From NCBI GenBank assembly GCA_005191425.1, contig SUPR01000100.1, positions 1 to 12,110 on the forward strand: 12,110 nucleotides of DNA, in the 5' to 3' direction. Positions 1 through 7,445 of the stretch are shown here, one piece after another (position 1 is the first letter of the stretch; every line of letters starts with the position of its first letter). The notes under the pieces are model-generated. The model made no database searches. It was not told where the DNA came from and saw nothing but the letters and a program-made list of their open reading frames with translations. Both the position numbers and the translations under genes were made by a program. The DNA comes from Candidatus Helarchaeota ASGARD archaeon Hel_GB_B (GTDB taxonomy: Archaea > Asgardarchaeota > Lokiarchaeia > Helarchaeales > HEL-GB-B).

Positions 1-132
1 TTTCCAGATTTGGTGAAAGGAATAATAAAAGAAATGGAAATAGGAAAAAAGATGTTAGGAAGGTCGGTGGGACTTGTGTTAAAAGTAATAGAGAACTGCG
101 GCGGAAAAATAGTGGAAAAAAATAAAAATTAA
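1..132 (+). mobile_element. Partial CDS at the window edge, C-terminus of a repeated ORF (possible transposase, family unrecognised)
   Basis: Frame 1 is open from base 1: FPDLVKGIIKEMEIGKKMLGRSVGLVLKVIENCGGKIVEKNKN*, with TAA at 130-132, then 40 nt to the repeat end. A stop close to the end of a multicopy unit is typical of IS right ends. No DDE or other catalytic motif is visible in this fragment, so the transposase call is inference. Confidence 0.5.
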
Positions 133-172
133 AGATGTTTTATTTTTAAAGCATAGAATTTTGTAAAAAGTC
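1..172 (+). repeat. Left copy of 172-bp inverted repeat (probable 3' end of an IS-like multicopy element)
   Basis: Block-by-block comparison: 1-172 is the reverse complement of 11939-12110, with one mismatch at position 157 (A here, G in the other copy). Identity breaks after ...TTGTAAAAAGTC. Confidence 0.97.
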
Positions 173-190
173 TTAAATAATATATTGAAA

Positions 191-290
191 AATTATAATT
201 ATAATTGACTAATTATGATAGGATTTTTTAAATAGGAATTAAAAAGATTATTTAAGACTTTTTTTAAAAATTATCTATAAAAGAAGTGAT
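191..290 (+). promoter_or_regulatory. Candidate promoter region for the ORF starting at 298
   Basis: TATA-like TTTTTAAAAA (261-270) and CTATAAAA (275-282) lie about 15-35 nt upstream of ATG 298. There is an A/T-only palindrome at 191-206. The AT-rich background makes these weak evidence. Confidence 0.3.
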
Positions 291-297
291 TTGAAAA

Positions 298-435
298 ATG
301 AATGATAATAAGAAGGGAATAGAATTAATCATTTTACGACTTTTAAAAACATTGGGAAAGTCAACTATAGAAGATTTATTTGATAAAATGCCTAATTTAA
401 AAAAAAACAAATTAGGTCAAAATTGGACCAATTAA
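298..435 (+). CDS. 45-aa ORF encoding the N-terminal half of a winged helix-turn-helix domain (0-frame product of the frameshifted gene); not in the supplied ORF track
   Basis: Translation: MNDNKKGIELIILRLLKTLGKSTIEDLFDKMPNLKKNKLGQNWTN*. ILRLLKTLGKSTIEDLFDK matches the helix1-helix2 pattern of wHTH domains. The recognition helix and wing continue in the -1 frame. Confidence 0.75.
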   Translation: MNDNKKGIELIILRLLKTLGKSTIEDLFDKMPNLKKNKLGQNWTN

Positions 436-3377
436 TAGATTTTGGATTAGTTATTAAAAAAAGAGAAAATAATAAGATATATTATAAAAATGCACCGATT
501 TTTGAGGATAAAATCTCAAAAGTTCGTTCTATAGATCCTGGTACCGCAGATGGTAGAGATCTATTTGAGATTACAGATTTATCTGATGTAATTCCAAATA
601 TGCCGCCTATGGAATTAACACAAATGGCTATCTCACCATCTGAGGAGGAGTTTACCCTAGAACAAAGTACTATCGAAGAAAGAGAATCAATTACCCATGA
701 AGCTGGAGCAATCTATGACAATTATATCCCAACTAATTTCGAAGTTAGCCTAGAAAATGCATTTTCATCAGACCTCCCTTGGAAAAAAGAATTAATTGAA
801 ATAGTAAAAGCAAGAGCTTCCAATAATAAAAATAAAATTATTAAATTACTTAAAAAATCAATACAAAAGGCTATTAAAAATAATTTAATAAGTTATCTAC
901 CAGAACTATACAAAAATCTAGCTGAAGAATATTCAAACGATAAATTGGCTGTTAAAAATATATATTTAGAAGCAATAGATTTTTTTAATAAACTGGACGA
1001 TAAAAGATATTCTATAGATTTTTATATCAAATTGGGAGATTTCCAATATAAAACTAAAAATTATGAAGACGCCTTAAAACAATATAAAATAGGGCTGTCG
1101 CTAGTCAATGAGAATGATCTGATCGATTTTATTCATATTTTATTTAATAAAATTGCAATGGTATATAGAGAATTAAATCAATTTGAAAATGCCTTAGAAT
1201 ATTATTTGAAGGACCTGCCAATTAGTGAAAAACAATTTAAACAAGATTTAGGGAAACTTTTGAATAAAATTGGTGGTGTATTAATAAAACTTGGTAGAAA
1301 TTCAGAAGCATTAAACTATTTTGATAGAGCAATTTCGATTTTTAAGGATAACAATGACATAAATAACCAAATAATAAGTCTGATGAATAAAAATGTGGCA
1401 CTTTTTAATTTAAAACAGTGGGATAGTCTAATTGATCTTTATTTGAATGTCTTAGAACTTTTAAAAGACCCCGAAAAAAAAGAGAGAATTTGGCGAGAAC
1501 TAGGAACAATTATCCAACATACCTCCAAAAAGGAATTGATTGATAAATATAAGTCTAAAATTAAAGAACTTAAAATCATAGAATCAGAAGAAGAGTTAGC
1601 AAGAAGAGCAAGAACAATTACAAAAATGGCAGTTTCCTCAGAAATTTCAACTTCAAAAATTACAAAAGCTCTTTGGAGTTTTAATACTGCAGTGTCCGCT
1701 TTTGTTGAAGGAAATTATGAAAAAGCTGAAAAATTATATCTAGAATCTGAAAAATTATATCAAGAACTAGAAGATTTAAAGGGTATAGGGCTATGTAATC
1801 ACCATCTCGGTTTGATTTACCTTCAAAATGATCAAATTGACCAAGCAATATCTAGATTACAATTTGCTACAAATGCTTTTGAAAATATTAAAAAAGAAAT
1901 TTCAATTGAACAATTCCGGACTACTCTCCAATCAGATGTAATTCCAGTCCTTGAAGATTTAACTTATGCATTTATTTTAAAAAATAATAAAATTGATGCT
2001 CTCGATTCCTTAGAACGAGGAAAAAGTCGAGAATTAATTAGAAAAATGGACGGTTTTGATACTATCGATAAATGTCCAAAAATGACAGACCTTATTAGAA
2101 AAGAAAATATTTTGTTGGGATATTTTCAAGAACGTGAAGATGAAATTACTCAATTAAAAAGCGATTATATAAATAATTATATAAATTTTGAATCATATAA
2201 ACAACGAATCAAGAAAATTAATAAAGAAATAAAAGACGCTTCAATTAAACTAAGAGAAATTAGGACAAAAATTTATGAAAATTGCGCAGATCCAGGTAAA
2301 GTTCAACCTTCTTTAAATTATAGTATAGTGAATAAGTCTAGAGATATTATCGGAAAAATGGACATTTTAATTCTTGAATTTTTTTATTATAAACGAATGT
2401 CAAAAATTTTTACAATTGTATTAAACTCTAACCATGATTTAGAATATTATTCTAAACCAGTTAATAATAAAGAACTACTATCTAAAATCGAACAACTTAA
2501 AATGGGAATTGATACTTTAAATGAAGATATTGTCTCAAAATTAGGAAGAGATTTGTTTGAACTGGTTATTCCTACAGAGTTTAGTATGAAATATCTTAAT
2601 ACACCTATAGAGAAACCATTAATTATTATTCCACACCATGAATTGTTTGCTATTCCTTGGGAAATTCTACAGAACCCACATAGTTCAGGAAAATGGGATG
2701 GTTTTCTGGGTCTGGAATGTTTATTAACTCGAAATTTTTCACTTGACTTAACAAGGATAATGTTGCAAAAACACTTAGAGAAAAAAGGAAATGAAATTCT
2801 ATTATTAGGAAATCCTACTAATGATTTAGATGGAGCAATGGAAGAAGTATTAATAATTAATGAGGTAATTGGTCAACATGGAATTAAAACAAATTTATTA
2901 TTAGGAAAAAGTATTACATTGAACTCTTTAAAAAATAATTTACGTTCTAATAAATTTGGAGTGGTCCATTATGCAGGACATGCAGATTTTATGGAATCAG
3001 ACCCATCACTATCAATGCTTATCTTGAATGATGGCCCTATTACAGCAAGAGAATTAGGTTTAATGCATTCTAATAACTCATTATTTTATTTATCGGCTTG
3101 CGAAAGTGGACAAGCATCTAGTATCAGCGGTGGGGAAATTTTTGGCATAATCAGAGGATTAACATTATCCGGAGCTCAAACAATTATAAGCACAAATTGG
3201 AAAGTCGCAGATGATTCTGCTCGAGATCTTGCCATACAATTTTATAAATCTTTGGAAAGTGGATTGAACGCAGCCTATTCTTTAAGAGAAGCAAGAAGAT
3301 TTGTAAAAATTAAATATAAAGAGATTTTACATTGGGCAGCTCCAACGATTTATGGAAATCCAATATTTACTCTTTGA
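298..3377 (+). CDS. wHTH-acidic linker-TPR-coiled coil-CHAT (clan CD caspase-like) protease, split by a -1 frameshift at 399-407; reconstructed length 1026 aa (ORF track gives only 423..3377)
   Basis: TPR-like repeats (e.g. YIKLGDFQYKTKNYEDALKQYKIGL, FNKIAMVYRELNQFENALEYY, LNKIGGVLIKLGRNSEALNYFDRAI). ALDSLERGKSREL motif typical of TPR-CHAT proteins. CHAT motifs LIIIPHHELFAIPWEIL, VHYAGHA (2967-2981), LSACESG (Cys 3099-3101), IISTNWKVADD and WAAPTIYG. The main frame is open back to 396. Confidence 0.9.
396..433 (+). other. Slippery site / homopolymer tract with downstream hairpin
   Basis: T_TTA_AAA (396-402) and A_AAA_AAC (402-408) are in X_XXY_YYZ register with the 298 frame. A9 run at 399-407. 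An 8-bp stem-loop AATT(A)GGTC-aaaattg-GACCAATT lies at 410-433. Confidence 0.6.
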
Positions 3378-3400
3378 CTTTTTTTAACTCTTTTTATTTA
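3378..3400 (+). terminator. Oligo-T archaeal-type terminator after the CHAT gene
   Basis: CTTTTTTTAACTCTTTTTATT follows the TGA at 3375-3377 directly. Confidence 0.45.
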
Positions 3401-3437
3401 AATTATTAGAATTAAATTTAAATATTTAAAAGAAATT

Positions 3438-3872
3438 CTAGAATTTAATCTCATTCTTGTTTTTAAATTCTTTTAAATCTTTTTCTAATAGACCAATTCT
3501 CTCTTTTTCCTTGTTAGCCCTCTCTTTCTCGATTTCTTCTCTTGTCTTATAAATTTCCAAAGTTTTTAGATTTATTAATACTAACCTGTATGTATCTGAC
3601 CCACCTTCATATTTCATTGAAGTTTTCATAATACCTAAATTAAATGGTAATATTAAGCTTGTATCAACGATATTTTTTTTAATTATATCACCATTTTCGT
3701 CAAAAATTATACCTTTTATTGTTTTTATGACATAGTTTTTATCTTCATTATCTATGAAAACTCGAAGAAATGGTGGCTTATATAATGAAACTGAAAAATT
3801 AAGTAAGAGAATATGGAAATACAGAATACAAAAAAATAAAAGTAAAGATAAATGAAAAATACGAAAATGATT
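3438..3872 (-). CDS. Hypothetical protein; frame is open for 144 codons but the first canonical start is ATG 3629 (63 aa), so the start is uncertain or the gene is frameshifted/truncated
   Basis: Upstream of ATG 3629 the same frame reads ...LYKPPFLRVFIDNEDKNYVIKTIKGIIFDENGDIIKKNIVDTSLILPFNLGI- into MKTSMKYEGG..., with no stop until the TAA at 3873-3875. The C-terminus is charged and coiled-coil-like. Confidence 0.5.
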   Translation of the reverse strand, partial: NHFRIFHLSLLLFFCILYFHILLLNFSVSLYKPPFLRVFIDNEDKNYVIKTIKGIIFDENGDIIKKNIVDTSLILPFNLGIMKTSMKYEGGSDTYRLVLINLKTLEIYKTREEIEKERANKEKERIGLLEKDLKEFKNKNEIKF

Positions 3873-3949
3873 TTATTTTTAGAAAATCCAAAGTGAGGAA
3901 TATATCAGATAAACTTATTAAATAAAATTGAAAAATAAGTTTAAAAAAG

Positions 3950-5428
3950 TTAGCGACGTCTACCTTTTTTATGGATTGCCATACCGTGGACATCCTCAGC
4001 GGTTTCTTGGACAATTTCGGAAATTGTTGGGTGTGAGTGTATAGTTTTACTGATATCATGGACTTTTAGACCATTTCTCATAGCAAGAGCCACTTCAGCT
4101 ATTAATTCTGGAGCTTCTGCGCCAATACATGATGCGCCCAGAATTTCATCTGTATTTGCATCTGCAATTATCATCATAAAACCTTCTTCTTCGCCCATAC
4201 ATTTAGCTTTACCAAGGCTAGCGTAGCCAAATCGGCCAACAAATGTTTTAATACCTTTTTCTTTAGCGGCTTTTTCTCGTATACCAACGGAACCGATTTC
4301 AGGACTTGTAAATATTGTAGCAGGGACAACGCTATAATCAGCGACCATTGGATCTACGCCAAAATTTCCAATTGAAGCTAGTGCATTAGCCACAGCCACA
4401 TTTGCTTCGTAATATGCTACATGGGCTAGCATAATACCGCCAGTTACATCCCCTATTGCATAGATACCTTTGCAGTCAGTTTCAAGAGTTTTCAAGTCAA
4501 CGACAATTTGTCCGCGATTGGTTTTTATGCCCATTTTTTCGCAGTTAAGTCCTTGAGATACCCGTTGACGACCTATTGAAACAAGGCAGTAGTCAGCGGT
4601 AAATTCGGTTTTTTCGGCTGAATCGATTTGATCTCTTGGAATATCTGCGGAACATGTTGTAGCCTTTACACCGTTTCCTGTATTTTCTACATTCAATACA
4701 TTTTGACTGACATGTATCTTAATACCCATTGATTCAAACTTTTTTGTGATTTGTCTTATAATCAATTTTTCTTCAGTTGCAATAGGTGTTGGTAAATATT
4801 CCAACATTTCGACTTCAGAACCCATTCTGCGGAAAATATTGCCGAATTCGCAACCAATAACGCCAGCCCCAATTATCAATAATTTTTTAGGTAAAACTTT
4901 AAAGTTGGGGTCTAGGATATCATCACTTGTAAGGATTCTTTCATGATCAATATTAAAAGCAGGGATCATTGCAGGTGCTGACCCAGTAGCGATTATTACT
5001 TTTTTTGATGTTATTTCAGTATTGTCATTGCCTTCAATTTTTATTTTAAAATTCAGATCTTGTCCACCGACAAGTGAGCCAAATCCGTGGAATAAAGAAA
5101 CTTTATTTTGTTTTAAGAGAGACTCAACTCCACTTACAAGTTCTTCTACGACTTTATTTTTTCTTTCTACTGCTTTGGAAAAATTTGGTTTAATATCACT
5201 AACCTCTATTCCAAAACTACTTCCTTTTTCCAATATATCCTCTAATAATTTTGCAGACGCATAAAGTGCTTTAGTAGGGATACATCCGCGGTTAAGACAA
5301 GTCCCACCAACTTTATCTTTTTCAACAAGCGCTACTTTTGCACCATATTGAGCCGAGCGGATAGCTGCATGGTAACCACCAGGCCCTCCGCCTAATATAC
5401 AGATGTCAAATACATCATTTTTGCTCAT
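3950..5428 (-). CDS. lpdA: Dihydrolipoamide dehydrogenase (E3)
   Basis: FAD-binding ILGGGPGGY, redox disulfide GGTCLNRGCIP, NAD-binding IIGAGVIG, YAIGDV, and C-terminal HSHPTISE catalytic His-Glu motif. Confidence 0.96.
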   Translation of the reverse strand: MSKNDVFDICILGGGPGGYHAAIRSAQYGAKVALVEKDKVGGTCLNRGCIPTKALYASAKLLEDILEKGSSFGIEVSDIKPNFSKAVERKNKVVEELVSGVESLLKQNKVSLFHGFGSLVGGQDLNFKIKIEGNDNTEITSKKVIIATGSAPAMIPAFNIDHERILTSDDILDPNFKVLPKKLLIIGAGVIGCEFGNIFRRMGSEVEMLEYLPTPIATEEKLIIRQITKKFESMGIKIHVSQNVLNVENTGNGVKATTCSADIPRDQIDSAEKTEFTADYCLVSIGRQRVSQGLNCEKMGIKTNRGQIVVDLKTLETDCKGIYAIGDVTGGIMLAHVAYYEANVAVANALASIGNFGVDPMVADYSVVPATIFTSPEIGSVGIREKAAKEKGIKTFVGRFGYASLGKAKCMGEEEGFMMIIADANTDEILGASCIGAEAPELIAEVALAMRNGLKVHDISKTIHSHPTISEIVQETAEDVHGMAIHKKGRRR

Positions 5429-5437
5429 TTTTTTTTA

Positions 5438-5442
5438 ACCTC
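5438..5442 (-). promoter_or_regulatory. Shine-Dalgarno-like GAGGT for lpdA
   Basis: The minus strand reads GAGGT-TAAAAAAAA-ATG, a 9-nt spacer to ATG 5428. Confidence 0.6.
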
Positions 5443-5626
5443 ATAAATTTGAATAATTAAAAACTTCGAATATTCATATTTAATTTTTGTTTTAAATAAC
5501 AAGAAATTTATTTTATTCAAATTTAAGAATATTTTTTCGAGTATAATTCCAAAAAATTATATCTAGAAGAGAAAAAAAACGCTATAGTATTGTGACCTTT
5601 TAAAAGACTTTCATTAATTATTACAT

Positions 5627-6259
5627 TTAAACGAATTCATAATATTGGTGTAATATTTTAAACATTTTTTTAAAGGGTAAATCAGAATAAGACCCTCTAT
5701 CATTTACGTATTCTATGAATTTTTCACCATTTATTGTGGTTTTTGGGAGGACAATGTCATTTATACCATCAAATTCTGCAGGTATATAATTATATTTTTT
5801 ACTTAATTCGACATTAAAGGCGGGTGTGGCTTTTATCCATTTTCCATTTAAAAATAATTCAGTATATCCATGGAAAACGAATAGGTTAGTACCCATTATT
5901 TCTTTTAATTTTCCCGAAATTTTGTAGTTTTTGATATCAGCGAAATGTAATTTAGAAGGTATATTTATAGATCTAGCAAGTGCAGCTAAAACGCAAGCCT
6001 TCTGGACACACCAACCTTTACCTGCTTGTATAATTTTAGATGCTTTGTAATTTTTTTGTCGTGAAGAGAAACTTTCGTAAGGATTGTATTTAATCTGGTC
6101 TCGGGTCCAGTAGAAAATTGCTTTGGCTTTTTCAATAATGTCATTTAGATTTTCTGTAATTTTTTTAGATATATTTATAACAACTGGACTATCAGAATCA
6201 ATAAAATAAGTTGGTCTTAAATATTCAGTCATTTTTTCCAAACAATCAACCTCTTCCAC
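5627..6259 (-). CDS. Transglutaminase-like (papain-fold) protein; start may be GTG 6259, TTG 6241 or ATG 6232
   Basis: EKAKAIFYWTRDQIKY, GKGWCVQKACVLAALARSINIPS (catalytic Cys) and FHGYTELFLNGKWIKATPAF (catalytic His). A GAGGT at 6248-6252, inside the end of the upstream gene, fits a TTG 6241 start. Confidence 0.9.
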   Translation of the reverse strand: MEEVDCLEKMTEYLRPTYFIDSDSPVVINISKKITENLNDIIEKAKAIFYWTRDQIKYNPYESFSSRQKNYKASKIIQAGKGWCVQKACVLAALARSINIPSKLHFADIKNYKISGKLKEIMGTNLFVFHGYTELFLNGKWIKATPAFNVELSKKYNYIPAEFDGINDIVLPKTTINGEKFIEYVNDRGSYSDLPFKKMFKILHQYYEFV

Positions 6260-7103
6260 TCAATATTTTGACAATTTCTGGGAATATATAATCAGCTACT
6301 TTTATATTATCACCGCCCATTGAGGTAATCAAATATCGTCCCTTGCATAACTCCATTGCGCATTTATTAACTTTTTTAACCAATTTCAAAAAGAATTCTT
6401 CGGAGAGACCTCTCGAGCCGTAATCATCATAGTGTGTATCATGTCCTAAAACGTGAATAATAATATCTGGTTTAAAATCTTTTACTTTTAAGATAAAATT
6501 TTTTTCGACTTTGTCAAGATATGCATCGTCACTGGTCCGCCACCCAACATCCACACAAAATTTTGTATTTTCATCTTCAGCTAAGTTTTCATCGCAGAAA
6601 CAAACATGTAATACATCGTGATCCCCTAGGAACATATCACGTGTACCATCAGCATGGTGTGAGTCGGTATCAATGATAGCAAAACGGAAATTTTTATCAG
6701 GAAATTTATTTCTTAAATTTTTTATACCAGGGCCAGTAAGTGATGCATAAGTCCCACCCCAAGCTGAAGTTTTCCCAGCATGGTGACCAACAGCTACCAT
6801 AAAATTCAATGCATTGGTAATTTCATTTGTCCAAATTTTTTCTAAGGCACTCATGAACCCACCAATGGTATAAAGCCCACCTTCAGCATACCAAGAAGAT
6901 AAAAACGATTTTACAAGATTTTCTGAATGAACTTGATAAAGTATATCTGGAGGTGCTTTTGGAGACTCATATAAAACAACATTATCAAATTTTAAGACTT
7001 CGCTTAATACTTCTGGAAAGTGTATAAATTTATCACCAATAATTGGCCAGTTAGAACCTTTAAAAATATTATTCCAAAATATTCCAGTTTTTACATTGGC
7101 CAT
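6246..7103 (-). CDS. Histone deacetylase family (HDAC/AcuC/AphA-like) Zn-dependent amidohydrolase, divergent
   Basis: VGHHAG (His-His dyad), IIDTDSHHADGT (Zn ligands D and H), DFKPDIIIHVLGHDTHYDD (third Zn ligand). The terminal motif is SMGGD instead of EGGY. Confidence 0.9.
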   Translation of the reverse strand: MANVKTGIFWNNIFKGSNWPIIGDKFIHFPEVLSEVLKFDNVVLYESPKAPPDILYQVHSENLVKSFLSSWYAEGGLYTIGGFMSALEKIWTNEITNALNFMVAVGHHAGKTSAWGGTYASLTGPGIKNLRNKFPDKNFRFAIIDTDSHHADGTRDMFLGDHDVLHVCFCDENLAEDENTKFCVDVGWRTSDDAYLDKVEKNFILKVKDFKPDIIIHVLGHDTHYDDYGSRGLSEEFFLKLVKKVNKCAMELCKGRYLITSMGGDNIKVADYIFPEIVKILSGRG

Positions 7104-7445
7104 TTTATTTCATTCCATTAAATAATATCTTGAAATCAGAAAATTTTACAAGTTTATACCGAAAATAAATATTAAACTTAAAAATATTAATATTTGGCTA
7201 TTTACATTATTTTTTAATTTTTGAATGATGAGATTTTTCTGAATATCCAGATTTAACCTATTTTTTATTAAAATTATATAATATGTGTTTAAATAGATTT
7301 AAAAATGATTTTGAGTTTTTAGAAAAAAAGTTATAATGCCAAAAGTCTTAAATTTCTTAAATATTTGAGAAAAAAATTCATGAATTATATTAATGTGAAA
7401 TTTTATTAATTTACATTCTAATTTATTAATAAATGGTCTTCAATA

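Noticed and set aside
191-206. Perfect palindromes AATTATAATTATAATT (191-206) and AAATATTAATATTT (7182-7195)
   Set aside because: Composed only of A/T in A/T-rich intergenic DNA, so uninformative without conservation data.
3799-4059. 86-aa minus-strand ORF from the track
   Set aside because: Its first 37 codons overlap the lpdA 3' end in another frame and the rest is T-rich low-complexity sequence. Only the part from TTG 3891 is kept, as a possible frameshift partner.
4746-4946. 66-aa plus-strand ORF
   Set aside because: Antisense shadow entirely inside lpdA, with no recognisable motifs.
5022-5264. 80-aa plus-strand ORF
   Set aside because: Antisense shadow entirely inside lpdA.
3950-5428. 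Visibly higher GC in lpdA as a sign of horizontal transfer
   Set aside because: The Gly/Ala-rich conserved protein sequence is enough to explain it, and no codon-position analysis was possible.
7341-7353. 13-bp match (AAAAGTCTTAAAT) to the left repeat junction 166-178
   Set aside because: Short and AT-rich, with no further similarity on either side. Chance is the likely explanation.
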